Source: Octopus vulgaris (Eukaryota). From it: DNA of 64,000 nt. Below, piece after piece: positions 44,287 to 58,150 of the stretch. Location: the NCBI GenBank assembly GCA_951406725.2, contig OX597818.1:141794001-141858000 (forward strand). Reading direction: 5' to 3'. The position numbers and the translations under genes were made by a program. Under the pieces are notes generated by a model. That model saw nothing but the letters and a program-made list of their open reading frames with translations, did no database searches and was not told the DNA's origin. Numbering within the stretch: the stretch's first letter is position 1; every line of letters begins with the position of its first letter.

Positions 44287-45112
44287 ATTAGGCAAATTAA
44301 TTTTAAAATTAATAAATATATAGGTTAAAATATTTGCCTGGACTTATTTTTGCTGGATGGGGTTTGTTTTCAAAGTGAATGTCTAGGTTATTAAAAAAAT
44401 ATATTTATAGAAAAAAATATACGGAAACTTCTCTCCCCGCTGCCAGTCTCTATTTCTCTCTCTCTCTCTCATTCTCTCTCTCTCATTCTTCCTCTTTCTT
44501 GTTCCAATACATCACTGCCATCGTATAAGCTCTACGATTGTTTTCAGGCTGGATGTTGTTACTTGTAATAAGCATTTGTTTAGTGACATTGTCTTGTGTC
44601 AAAAACTTTTTCTTGTTTTCAAAATGGCCGGGACAATGTTGTTACTAAAGCCGACGGACAATTTATCTCCCCTTTCTGTTTTTTTTCTTTTTTGTTCTCC
44701 TGTTGGCTTCTACTTCTTTATCTCTATTCTGTTTTTCTTTTATATTCTTTTTCATCCTATTTACTCCTGTTCTGCCCTTTTTTTTCGTTTGTTTTATTTT
44801 ATTTATTTATTTATTTAACCTTTTCTCTCTCATCTTTATTACTACCCCATCTTTTACTTCACGTTTAATTTCTTCTGTACCTTTTTTTTTCTTTTTCGTT
44901 TTCACCTTCTTCCTCCTCTTCTTCTTGTTTGACACTTCCTCTTTTCTTCTTCCTTTATTCGTTCCTTCCTTCTTTCCGTCCTTCTTCCTCCTTTCACATG
45001 TAATTTTTCTTCATTTTCAGCTCTTCTTTGCATTGATCTTCTCCCTTGTTTTACCAACCATTTGTTTTCTTTTTCTCTCCATTTTAATTATTTTGTTTTG
45101 TAGTTGCTATGA

Positions 45113-45157
<45 letters not shown>

Positions 45158-45174
45158 TATTATTATTATTATTC

Positions 45175-45229
<55 letters not shown>

Positions 45230-47219
45230 CATCATCATCATCATCATCATTTAATCTCATTTTCCACTTCCTTCTTTTTAGTCTTCTTTTGTCTTTAATC
45301 TGTTTGTTTTCATTATTTTTTCCTTTTTTTAAATTTTTTTTCCATTTTAAGCTCCACTATATTTTTGGCTCCCCTTATTTGTTTCAATATCCCAGACCTT
45401 TTTGGGATGTATAAATAGCATTGTTTTCCAATACTCAAAGCAAATGAAGCACAGGGTGTATTTAACTGCACAACAAATATTTAGTTTTCAAAGATAATTT
45501 TAGTAAATCTATTAAAATATTCGACCCACCAGTTCTCGCATGTAGACATATTGTTTTATTTTCTGTCCGTTATTTTATTTTATTTTACTTTTTTTAGGGT
45601 ATTCTTCAATTCAATATTGGTTTCTTCCTAACTGTGAACAGAGTATCAATATTTTTAGAGGTTGTAATTCGGTGGAATTGTAGCAGAAACTCTAAAGTTC
45701 CGGAGTAAATATCTCGCAGTATTTAATTAAATTTCTTTACGTTCTAATTTCAGATTCTACTGATTTCACAATTATTCTTTCATTTTTCCGAATCAATAGA
45801 ATAAGCCACCAGACAAGTCAATCAGTAACCTTAAATTGGTGGCCGAAAGTGAAAGTAACAAATCAATATTTGGGAGTGAGGTGGACTGGGAAACGGAAAT
45901 GTTCGATAAACTTTCCTAAGGATGAAGTATCTTATGGTTTTACTTGAGAATCGAAACAGCGTTGAGATGATTTCAATTCATCGAGAATCTGCTTTTTTTT
46001 TTCTCCAAACCTTCATTTATGCTCCCTATGTAAAGCGAACTTCCCTTATTAATTTAAATAGCAGTTGAAGCAACACTACTTGACTCTGTTTGGGTATTCT
46101 ACGTGGCTGGTCGATCGACTGACTAGAAGTAACAGCCAAATGTGTTTGAAATTGTATAACTGTACAATGAGGCAGTCACCCATGTAACGTTTCCTCGACT
46201 CTTCATATTTTGGGGCTTTAAAGACTGTCACGACTAAATTAGTGTAAGTCAGGACAACTTTTGTTCCTGTCACAATCCCATATCTTTATTCATAAATTCT
46301 GCCATTGAAATCGTAAGTTATTTTGTTGCGTGAATTTTATTCCTTCAGTAATGAGGGGTTTTTTTGTTTTTGTATTCGGTCCGAAATTTCCTAAGAATCG
46401 ATAGAACCGTATTTAATTCTTAAATTTACTTACTCCCTTATTTCAAAATCGTTGAGTATGGTTTTCAAAATTCCTTATGTAGTTCTAAAAATTAAAATGC
46501 ATGACGTTAAAGATGGCGGACTTACAAAACTGAAAAAGCCATATTTAACATTTTTCTTTACTTACTTCAATTTCAAACAATGTAGCCTTTAAGAATCATC
46601 ACATAGAGTATATACCAGTTATACGCTAGGGAAATTCAAACGATTGTTTTCTTCTTTATAAACGTTGTTTCGCAGTTCGATTCTTTGTCAATTTTGTATA
46701 AAACATAAATCTGTACCATATATAATCTGACGGTCAAATGCTTCTGGGTTGTCATATAAGGACAATTATACGGGGCCTACAGAATTGGGTGTATAAGTAA
46801 AGTCAACGGGATTAAACACTTCTTTTGGTCAGACTCACCAATAGAGATACAATTAACGTTTGTAATCGAGAGGCATATATTTTAGAATATATTACCCTGA
46901 GGTACAATATCACAGTCAAGTAGATAGCATACACTAAGCAAAATTTACTACCATGTAGCGCTATTTTATGACCAAGTGGACAGCTTATACTGAGAAAAAG
47001 TATCATTCAAATTGACCACTTACAATTCAGAGCTAGCTATTTTGGCCAATGACACAATACAACGATGGTAATAGAACAGCTTAGAGTTGTCGACCCTTTC
47101 TCCGGCAGTCTTTTGACTTTGTGTACTTTTTTCCTTTCTAAACTACACCACTCAGTAAACGATGACTATATTGCGTGCTCATGTCTCCCTCTTGCCTATC
47201 TATATGCGTGTGTGTGTGT

Positions 47220-47254
<35 letters not shown>

Positions 47255-47330
47255 CATGTATGTACTTATATATATATGTGTGTGCGTGTGTGTGACTGTG
47301 TGTGTGTGTGCACGCGTGTGCGTGTGTGCG

Positions 47331-47577
47331 CGGAGGCGCGTGGCTAATGGTTAGGGTGTTGAACTCATGATCGTAAAGTTGTGGTTTCGATTTCTGGACC
47401 GGGTGATGCGTTGTGTTCTTGAGCAAAACACTTCGTTTCACGTTGCTCCAGTCCCCTCAGCTGACAAAAATGAGTAATCCTGCGACGGACCGGCGTCCCG
47501 TCCAGGTGGGGAATTTCTACGCCACAGAAAGCGGGAAACCGGCCCTTATGAGCCTGGCATAGTTCGAGAAGGAACAT
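47331..47577 (+). mobile_element. tRNA-derived SINE related to family C, with a different 3' domain
   Basis: TGGCTAATGGTTAG..GGTTTCGATTTC head, TTGTGTTCTTGAGCAAAACACTT, then CCTGCGACGGACCGGCGTCCCGTCCAGG (V-domain-like). Confidence 0.75.
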
Positions 47578-47595
47578 TTATTTTCATTTTATATG

Positions 47596-47667
<72 letters not shown>

Positions 47668-47756
47668 TGTGTGTATGTATGTGTGTGTATGATATATATA
47701 TATGTGTATGTATATATATTATATATTATATATATATATATATATTTCTTTTTTTT

Positions 47757-48150
47757 TTTTACTTGTTTCAGTCATTTGGCTGCGGCCATGCTGGAGCACC
47801 ACCTTTAGTCGAGCAAATCGACCCCGGGACTTATTCTTTGTAAGCCCAGTACTTATTCTATCGGTCTCTTTTGCCGAACCGCTAAGTAACGGGGACGTAA
47901 ACACACCAGCATCGGTTGTCAAGCAATGCTAGGGAGACAAACACAGACACTCACACGCATATATATATATATATATACACATATACGACAAGCTTCTTTC
48001 AGTTTCCGTCTAGCAAATCCACTCACAAGGCATTGGTCGGCCCAGGGCTATAGTAGAAGACACTTGCCCAAGATGCCACGCAGTGGGACTGAACCCGGAA
48101 CCATGTGGTTGGTTAGCAAGCTACTTACCACACAGCCACTCCTGCGCCTA
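47757..48150 (-). mobile_element. SINE family A, full-length
   Basis: Colinear with other copies. Confidence 0.9.
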
Positions 48151-48909
48151 TATATATAATATAATCTGTTTTCATTTATTTATTATTATATTTTTCAAAT
48201 TTCAATTTGTTCAGTTCTGTGTGTGATTGTGTGTATGTATTTGTGTGTTTGAAAGAGTGTTTTCCTCTCTTTATGTGTGCGTGTGCGTCGTGTGCTTGTG
48301 TGTGTGTGCTTCTTTGTGTGTGCTTCTTTGTGTGTGCGTGTGCGTGTGTCTGCGTGTCTGAAGGACTGTTTTCCTCTGTGTGTGTATGTGTGTGTCTCTT
48401 TGAAGGAGTGTTCTCCCGCGTGTATATATGATTGTATGTGTAGGACTACATGTGTTTGTGTGTTCTCGAATATGCATTAAATGCGTGTGCACGTTTGTTT
48501 GAATATGTATGTATATGCGTGTGTATTTCAGATTTTATTTATTTTTCATTCTTGTTTTTTTTTTTGTTTTCACCTAAAAATATTCAAAAATTATTGAAGA
48601 AAAACATCCGTGGGCAAATAGCTCTGATTGTTCGTCTTCTTCTAATTGCAATGTTGATTGACTTTTTGGAGAGCAAAAAAAGAAATTTACTTTTCCTTCA
48701 ATTTACTGTTGTTGTTTTTGTTGTTAAATTTTAATTTTTTTTTAACTTTTTAATTATTTGATTAATTTCGATTTGAAATGTTCAGTTTCTCTCCTCATTA
48801 GACATTTTAATGACATTGTTTGAGGTTGGTTTTTGTGTTTGTTGTTGTTTTTATATTCTTTCAATATTTCTGTCATAGTAATAGCAGCTGTAGTCGTCGT
48901 CGCCGTTGC

Positions 48910-49157
48910 TGTGGTGGTGGTGGTGGTGGTGGTGGATGGTGGTGGTGGTGGTGGTGGTGGTGGTGGTGATAGTGGTGGTGGTGGTGCTAGTGGTGCTGGT
49001 GGTGCTGGTAGTGCTGGTGGTGGTGGTGGTAGTGGTGGTGGTGGTGGTGGTGGTGGTGGTGATAGTGGTGGTCCTATTGTTGATGATTTGTTATTGTTGT
49101 TGTTGTTGTCGCTGTTGGTGATGATGATGATGATGATGATGGTGATGGTGGTGATGG

Positions 49158-49197
<40 letters not shown>

Positions 49198-49363
49198 AAT
49201 GATGATGGTGATGGTGATGATGATGATGATGGTGATGGTGGTGATGGTGATGGTGATGATGGTGATGATGATGATGATGGTGATGGTGATGATGGTGATG
49301 GTGATGATGATGATGATGGTGATGGTGGTGATGATGATGATGATGATGATGATAATGATGATG

Positions 49364-49395
<32 letters not shown>

Positions 49396-49572
49396 GATGA
49401 TGATGATAATGATGATGATGATGGTGATGATGGTGATGGTGATGATGATGATAATGATGATGATGATGGTGATGATGGTGATGGTGATGATGATGATGAT
49501 GATGATAATGATGATGATGATGGTGATGGTGATGGTGGTGATGGTGATTATAATGATGATAATGATGATGAT
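48910..49572. repeat. Compound (GGT)n/(GAT)n triplet repeat
   Basis: Read directly from the sequence. Confidence 0.95.
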
Positions 49573-49928
49573 GTTTTTGTTGGTGATGTTGTTGCTTTTA
49601 TTACTGTTGCTATTGATGCTAATTCCGTTGCACTGCTTGTTGCTATCATTGTGTCCTTGTTATATTTTCTCTTAGTGCTAATAACGCTGCGGTGCTGTCG
49701 TCGTTGGTGTAATTGTGTCATTACTTGGTGGTGTTGTTGTTGTTGTACAGACCCCTGGACAGCAGTGACCTTTGTCGGCCTTATAACACGTAAGATAATC
49801 CGCCAAATGAACGACTGGATACCGTACGTCCATAAATCCATCGAGAACTAAATACCATGGCATTGCAACACTGAGCAGTGAAACGTTGCGTTATTTGTAC
49901 GACCTGAAGTGTAGAGGCACTGCAAGTA

Positions 49929-50887
49929 TCGTAAATCTTCGAGTATAATCCGCCCTTGAGTATAATACGTAGGGGATTTTTAGGGGGCTGTACCTCTGAA
50001 AAACCTAAACCTTGTGTATAATACGCACCCCTTCTCTAACTTGAGTCAAGGACGTCTATATAACGTCCTTGGTTTGTATACAGTAACGTCCTTTATTATT
50101 ATTGTATATATATAACATAGTGGAGGCGCAATGGCCCAGTGGTTAGGGCAGCGGACTCGCGGTCGTAGGATCGCGGTTTCGATTCCCAGACTGGGCGTTG
50201 TGAGTGTTTATTGAGCGAAAGCACCTAAAGCTCCATGAGGCTCCGGCAGGGATGGTGGTGATCCCTGCTGTACTCTTTCACCACAACTTTCTCTCACTCT
50301 TTCTTCCTGTTTCTGTTGTACCTGTATTTCATAGAGCCGGCCTTGTCACTCTCTGTGTCATGCTGAATATCCCCGAGAACTACGTTAAGGGTACACGTGT
50401 CTGTGGAGTGCTCAGCCACTTACACGTTAATTTCACGAGCAGGCTGTTCCGTTGATCGGATCAACCGGAACCCTCGTCGTCGTAACCGACGGAGTGCTTC
50501 CATCCATCATATATAACATAATATAACATATATAACATAATATAACATCATATTATTATAACATAATGTAAACGTGTAGCTTTTTTGTGCATTTTGTTTG
50601 CAGAAAATAAAGAAATAACAGTAATAACTAATAACGTTTAATAAATGTTGCTTGCTGTAAGTTATGGATGATTCTTTTATGACTTCATTGCTTTCAGGCT
50701 CAGCTTAAGGTATTTTCGCGCCCGACCTCACAAAATGCGTCAAAATAAACATAGCCAGACAGCAAATAGAGACTCGGACGTTGCTTAGAAAATAATTTTC
50801 ATTTTTAACCTCGTATATAGTACGCACTAGGGATTTTGACCTTTAAATTTGGGGAAAACAATGCAGATTATACTCGGGGATTTACGG
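49929..50887. mobile_element. Tigger/pogo-type MITE with a nested SINE
   Basis: TA-flanked TIRs TCGTAAATCTTCGAGTATAATCCGC and GCAGATTATACTCGGGGATTTACGG; subterminal GTATAATACG repeats. Confidence 0.8.
50121..50505 (+). mobile_element. SINE family B, full-length
   Basis: tRNA-like head; TSD ATATATAACATA. Confidence 0.9.
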
Positions 50888-51996
50888 TATATACTCTTCT
50901 AGCATGTAGTCTCTAGCATATAGTCACTATATACGGACGTGTAGTCTCTAGGTTTTCGTAATAGCGACAAATATGACAGATAAGACGTGTAATGCAGAGC
51001 GATCGGTACACACGACCTGTTATTCTGTAGCTGTTACTGCTGTGGTTTAACCCCAGGACAACCCAGATTGAATAAGTCTATGATCAAAAATGTTTCAGCG
51101 ATGACCATTCTTTTCTTTTACGTAATCTAGTGCATCTTTCTTTTACGTAATCCAGTGTATCTTTCTTCGTTTAAAGAAATAGGACACAGATTCCAAACGG
51201 TACACGGTGCTGCACTAAAGTGTCACAAAGGGTATCTAAAAAGTATGGTAGATTTTTTCAGAATATAATTAAAGACTTTAAGAAAATTCACACTAATTCT
51301 TGAGTACCTTGAAAAAAATGCATTATTGGTAATTTTGTTATACGCAAGTATGATTGCTAATACATGATTAGCAATAGTTTTCTATATTTTTTATTAACTT
51401 TAAATCACTTTGGTTCAATATGAAGTAATTACAAAGTGGAAGACTCATTTTCGAAAACACAGATATGTAAACTTCACTCAATAATGTATTAGTTGATGTT
51501 AAAATATATATATATGCAATCCCAAAATATAACAATATATATTTATGTAACGAGAAACTGTGTTGCGTCACCTGAAGTGATGCTACTGCACTTCGGGGTG
51601 CAATTTAATTAATTGTATAATTTCCCACCCACGAGGGAGTGGTGTAGGATGTGTCGAAACGATCAGTGTGGTAAATAAAGTTTCTAGTATACACTGTCTT
51701 CCGTATTCATTGTTTCTCTCTCTCTATATATATATAGCGAACATGCTATCTTGAAGATAGCATGTTTTGAATTGTTTTGATATCATTATATTTTATATTC
51801 CTATAATATATATGCGTAAGTATAAATATAGCATGCATATGAGAAGAATTCTGGCAAGATATGTAACATGGATGAAGAGCAAACATCAATAATGGAAAAC
51901 GTAAAGAAGAGCCATAAGACGAAATACAATCATGTTAATAGAACGTGCATTTATAAAGCAATGAAGATTGCCCAAACACTGTTAATACATTTTGAG

Positions 51997-52027
<31 letters not shown>

Positions 52028-52253
52028 TATATCAGACTACTCGTGACCCATTGGGTCACCAATAGTTCAAGGTACCCGAAAAACCCGCGTATCTCGGGAA
52101 TCCGATATCAGATTTACGTGAAACTAGTTTTATTCCGTTTGTATTTACATTCCAGGGGTACCTTATTTTGAGACTATTTTCCCATTATGCGCCGGTTTGG
52201 CTGTACTGATAAGCGTGCACGCAAGCAAACGTTTCAGTAGTGTGTGTGTGTGA

Positions 52254-52575
52254 CGGCGCATGGACCATTGGTTAGATCGTCGGGCTTACAATTGTGAAGT
52301 TGTGAGTTCAATACTTGGAGCAGGCCGTGTGCTGTTTTCTTGAGAAAGACACTTTATTTCACGTTGCTCCAGTTCACTCAGCTGTAGAAATGCGCTGTGA
52401 CATCACAGGTGCCAAGCTGTATTGTTCTTTGTCTTTCCCTTGGACAACATTGGTGGCGTGGAGAGTGGAGACTGGTATGCATGGGTACCAGTCTTGTGCT
52501 TCAGAAGGGAACATTTCTTGGTGCAATCCCATAGTTATTCACGACCGAAGGCGGTCTTTACCATTTTACCCTTTA
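52254..52575 (+). mobile_element. SINE family C, diverged
   Basis: ACACTTTATTTCACGTTGCTCCAGTTCACTCAGCTGTAGAAATG block. Confidence 0.8.
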
Positions 52576-52589
52576 TCATGTGTCCCTAT

Positions 52590-52781
52590 GAGATAAAATG
52601 CTTGCTTCCGAACCACGAGATTCCAGGTTCTTTCCTATTGCGTTCCACCTTGAGCAAGTGTCTTGTTCTAGGTATCCTCGGGCCGATCAGAACCTTGTGA
52701 GTGGATTTGGGAGAGGAAAACTGAGCGAAGATCTTTCGTATATGTATATGTGTGTGTGCACGCATGTGTGTGTGTGTATGC

Positions 52782-52839
<58 letters not shown>

Positions 52840-53057
52840 TTGTCGTTCTTTCTGTGTTTGCAACCCATCACCGCTTGACAACAGGTATTGGTGTTTACGA
52901 CCCTGTAACTTAGCGGTTCGGCACAAGGTGCTGATAGAATAAGTACTAGGCTTAAGAAATATGTCCTGCTGTCGATTTATTCTACTGAAACCCTTCAAGG
53001 CGATGCTCCAGCATGGTCACAGTCAGATGACTGAAACAAGTAAAAGAATAAAAAAGT
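52590..53057 (+). mobile_element. SINE family A, diverged
   Basis: CACCTTGAGCAAGTGTCTT..CTTAGCGGTTCGGC..GCTCCAGCATGG. Confidence 0.8.
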
Positions 53058-53082
53058 ATATATATATATATATATATATATA

Positions 53083-53915
53083 TCCACCTCCAATCACCCA
53101 AAGCACACAAAGACTAATATCCCCTCCAACCTAGCGAGAAGAATCTGCACTATTGTCTCAAATGGCACAACACGAAATAAGAACTAAGGGCAATTCTTCT
53201 CGAAAGACATTACCCATCATTACTAGTGGACAACGGAATAGAACGGGCCAAATCAATTAACACTCAAGACTTACGAAAACCAAAACACATCCACAGTACA
53301 GTAAATAGCCTCCCCTATCTCTCAACACACAATCCAAGAAATGCAGAAGCTTACACTATTATATACAACAACATCCCACAGCTAAATCAAGACCCACGCC
53401 TAAAAAAATTACTCACAGCTTATAAAATAATAAAAAGTAAGAAACAACCTAAATCCCTAAAAAAACCTACTCACCAACGCAAAATTACACAATACAAACC
53501 CACTACCCACAGTCAAAAAATGTGGTCGTTCCAACTGCAGGACTTGCATCCACCTCATTGAGGGATCAACGTACAAGTTCCAGTCGGGACACACCTTTAT
53601 CATAAAAATAATTTCACCTGCGTATCAAAAAATTTACTTTATGTCATAAGGTGTGAAGGGTGCCACGAAGACTACATAGGGCAAACGGGCCTTACCCTCA
53701 GAGAAAGGATGCCAGTTCACCGCCAACAACTGAGGGACCCCACCACAAGACAGATACCACTTAGTGGACACTTAGGCGTCTGTGCACACAATAAGCCCCC
53801 CAAATTCTTAGTTTGGTACTCTTTATATAGAAATTCGGGATCGTATTTATTTGGCAAGTAATTTCATCTGAGACTGTGTGTTGAACCTAAAGCAATTACT
53901 GCGTGGAAGACACAT
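53083..53915 (+). mobile_element. Penelope-like element 3' part with GIY-YIG endonuclease
   Basis: NIPSNLARRICTIVS, CGRSNCRTC and LLYVIRCEGCHEDYIGQTGLTLRERMPVHRQQ..LSGH; followed by non-coding pLTR-like sequence. Confidence 0.9.
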
Positions 53916-54328
53916 TCTTATTTCTTTATTACCCACAAGGTGCTAAACATAGAGGGGACAAACAAAGACAGACAAAAGGATTAAGTCGATTACATCGACC
54001 CCAGCGCGTAGCTGGTACTTAATTTATCGACTTCGGAAGGATGAAAGGCAAAGTCGACCGTTGCAGAATTTGAACTCAGAACGTAAAGCCAGGCGAAATA
54101 CCTATTTCTTTACCACCCACAAGGGGCTAAAAACACAGAGGGGACAAACAAGGACAGACAAACGGATTAAGTCGATTACATCGACCCTAGCGCGTAACTG
54201 GTACTTACTTTATCGACCCCGAAAGGATGAAAGGCAAAGTTGACCTAGACGGAATTTGAACTCAGAACGTTACGCTAAGCATTTCGCCCGGCGTGCTAAC
54301 GTTTCTGCCATCTCGCCGCCTTTAGAAT
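53916..54328 (-). mobile_element. Dimer of the Nin-domain-like SINE family D
   Basis: Two units; 14-bp TSD GGAAGACACATTCT. Confidence 0.85.
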
Positions 54329-54369
54329 GAGGAAGACACATTCTAACCATTGTAAAATACATCTATCTT

Positions 54370-54722
54370 CTATCTCCTGCCCTTAACCTTCCAACGCGGA
54401 GTATAGATCACTTATAGTTGAATTCCATGTCGCATAATTTTTTTATTTCTGTACTTATACTCTGCCACTTACACTCTAGTTCCTTCTGCGTTGATCTACG
54501 CCACGAGTTCTTAGGCCTACCTCTCTTTCTATATCCATCCGGATTCCACTGTAAAGCACTTTTCGCTACATTTGGTGTGTCTTTTCTAATTGTGCTACCA
54601 ATCCACTTCTACTTTTTCTTAAATATTTTCTCCCTAATAGAAACTTGATTTGTTCTTTGCCATAGCTCCATATTGCTTATGCGTTCGGGCCATCTAATTT
54701 TAAGTATACTACGCAAGCATCT
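54370..54722 (-). mobile_element. RTE-group LINE C-terminal remnant
   Basis: CLRSILKIRWP and AKSALQWNPDGYRKRGRPKNSWRR. Confidence 0.8.
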
Positions 54723-54895
54723 GTAAAACACATAGGAACTGTTAACTTTCCTTAATTACTTATTACTTGGTATCAAAATTTTCGTGGCACTATCTACGGC
54801 TTTGTTACTGACACAGTCTCTGACCACTTGCAGTCCTACTGTAACTGATCTGGAGACCTGTATAAAGTAGCTAACTGTGGACCAGGTTGCAGATA

Positions 54896-54936
<41 letters not shown>

Positions 54937-54965
54937 AAAAAAGGAGATGTCGAACACGAGTGGTG

Positions 54966-55197
54966 ATATATAAAAAAGGAAATGAAGAAAATGCTGACAA
55001 ATAATTGAAGTAATTTAAGTAATTTAATTAAGTGAAAGTTCTTTTTACCGGTTGCGCATTTGTTATGCTTATCAAAATATAAAAAATATTTTTTATATTT
55101 TGATAAGCATAACAAATGCGCAACCGGTAAAAAGAACTTTCACTTAATTAAATTACTTAAATTACTTCAATTATTTGTCAGCATTTTCTTCATTTCC

Positions 55198-55208
<11 letters not shown>
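54966..55208. repeat. Near-perfect spacerless palindrome of about 240 bp
   Basis: Centre at 55087/55088; the same peptide is called on both strands in the ORF track. Confidence 0.95.
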
Positions 55209-55257
<49 letters not shown>

Positions 55258-56305
55258 CGTATGTATGTATTAGGAAGTTGAAAGTTATGACCGGTCATAG
55301 AGTCACCATTGGCTTCACACCTATAAAGCGCTTAGCTGCACAGGCGACTCGTCAGACTTAAATGGTTGAAGACGCATAACCTCTCTAGAAACTGGATGAA
55401 GAAATGCATAACGGTCAACTGGTTTTGTAAACAAAAAATAATTGTCCGTGATGCGGGCACAATGTTGTTATCCTCCTTACATCGGCTCCGGCCATGATGA
55501 TATTCGAAGGGCTGTGACAGAACTATTCAATGAATGGGGAATTCCAAGTTTTGGATGGGGACATTGACTGAATAAGTCATTCCTGAAGTTTAAAAAGGTC
55601 ACCCGATTCGAGCGAGGTTTTAGTATTCTTGCCCTCTCAGCGGCTTATACAGACGTGAGCAAGTAATGTAGGCTTTGCTCGGCTGAGAAGGCAAGAATCC
55701 TAAAAAAAACTCGCTCAACCCGGGGATCTTTTTAAACTTTAGTTTTAGGTGGGGGGTTTTATGCTTTTAAATATATTCGCTGATACCAGTGTAATGTCGG
55801 ATAAATCAATTAAAGTTGATGTTTCTGAATTTTTTCATTTCTTTAAAACGCGCATAGTCGAAAAAGACGTAACGCAAAACGACATAAGTCGAGGTATAAC
55901 TGTATTTCATTGTCCCAGACGCGCAATACACTGACTCAGGAATATCAACGACCACTCCTTCTATCGAAGATCCATGGTCCACATTGCAAGTGAATATTCC
56001 TGCATGATAAATGGTTACAGTATCGTAAGGGGTCCCCATTTCTCCGTATCATTATCTTCGCTGCGAAGAGAGAACGTTCCAGCAGGAAAGGTAACTGATC
56101 TACACTCTCGGTTCCTTCTCTCAGTAGGAGTGGACAGTTGAAGATCATAATAACCGTCAGAAACTGAAACCACCGAAAAGCTGACCACTACAGTTGTTTG
56201 TTTGTTTTGTGTGTGTATGAGTTTATGTATATATGCGCGCACGCGTCTGTGTGCGCGTGTGTTTATATGTGCGTGTGTACGTGTTTTGTTTATGTGTGTG
56301 CGTGT

Positions 56306-56359
<54 letters not shown>

Positions 56360-57812
56360 GTGTGCGTATGTGCATGTGTGTTTGTACTCCCCAAGCATTT
56401 GCTCTTCCTGGATTCATTCACAACACTGCTTCCACCACAGACAAGGAGCCCTGTCGATTCCTACTTTAGAGTGATGTTCGAACAAGAACTTCTTTGCCCC
56501 CACTCACATGATGAGGGCGCAGAAGCGAAAGGAAAGGGAGAAAAGAGGAGAGGAGAAGGCGAAGGTGACTTGAGATAATTTATACTGATTTCTTTATACA
56601 TAATAACACAAAGATAATCAATTGCGGGAAATTAAGAGAGAGTATATTGATTAAATCAAAGGTTATTGTGTGGAAGATTTTATCGACCATCGGATCACCG
56701 GTTTGTGAATTACGTTGGAGGGTTCAACATCCTTAGAGGTGTAATGTACAATAAATCAAACATTTATACATAACGCATCAAATTGATCAATGTAAAGATT
56801 CTGCAACAAATAATAAATTCTTTCTGTCAGCTACGATATTTTAACAGTGCCAACTTCACTATCGAGAAAAAATTTTAAGGGAAATAATTCTGGAACAAAG
56901 GATGAGAGTTATTTCCCTTGGACGTGCAGGTGAGCATTATTCAAACTAAAAATGTACATCCGATCCACTACCAGCACACAGCTTGCGCTCGCACACACTG
57001 TTGTATTCGCACACACCGATGTATTCGTACACCCATACTCGCGCGCCTACTCACACCAAGATAATCTAAGTTACTAAGAATTTATAAGATTAAATTTATC
57101 TTTTCTAACAAACGTATACCTGTAATAACATACATATGAACACACATTTATATACTATCTTGCATATATCTCTTTCCTCTATTTGCAAAAGTATAATATA
57201 TGTACGTATGTATGTATGTATTTATGCGTGTATGTATCTCCTCTTTCTCTTTTTAATTTAGTATATATTTTGACCAGCGACCTACTTGGTAGCAAATTTG
57301 TGAAAGAAAACATCTTGTTTTAACCGTCATCGTTTAAATCTTAAGAAGGTACTGCAGTTCGGATATTGTAATCATTTGTAGTATATGAATTAAGAATTTG
57401 AGTACTGGATTTGCAAATACCTCATCAATGGTCCATAGATGTCCTCTTTCTCTTGCATTTTTCTAAGACCATTCATGTCCAGAGGGCAGCTGATTTCCAT
57501 AACGGAACACATCTTTTCTTTGTAGCCCCACACATAGATATCTGACCGGCTGTGTTTTAATTTGGTGGCTGTTTCAATTTTCAAGTTCCACCATCGGTCT
57601 CAATATTGTCGCTTTGTCTGTAAATGTTTTCTCTTTTTGTTATCCTGCTCCAGGCCGTTATAGCTTCGGTATCATACCTCCTGGGAAGATAATACAATAT
57701 GTAGAAGACATTCTCTCACAGCACAGCTGGCAATAATGTGGTTGGTGTCTTCAGTCTTGGTCTTACACAGCCTGCATTTATTTTCTGTCAACGTTTCCTG
57801 CATTTTATATAA

Positions 57813-58150
57813 GTACTTATATAAGTTATCAACCACCTCACCAACAACAACACTGAACACCTTTTTGATCTCCATGTGTCTAACACACGTGGACATGCCT
57901 ACAAAGTCAGAAAACAACACAGCTCCCATGACTTTCGGAAACATTTTTTCACGCTCAGAGTTGCTGAAGCATGGAATAAACTGCCTGCGTCAGTTGTTGA
58001 CTACCATGACACTGCATCCTTTAAGGCCCTCATGCTTTCCGAAATCCGCCGAAACTACACCTGATTATATATACACTTTAGATGAGTTGTAGTGCACCTG
58101 AGCACTGTACACAATTATTATTATTATTATAATTATTATTATTATTATTA
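57813..58150 (+). mobile_element. CR1 3' fragment, same family as 16335-17265
   Basis: TRGHAYKV..FFTLRVAEAWNKLP; (TTA)n tail. Confidence 0.85.

Noticed and set aside
48833-49675. 280-aa poly-V/G/M ORF
   Set aside because: It is almost entirely (GGT)n/(GAT)n triplet repeat.
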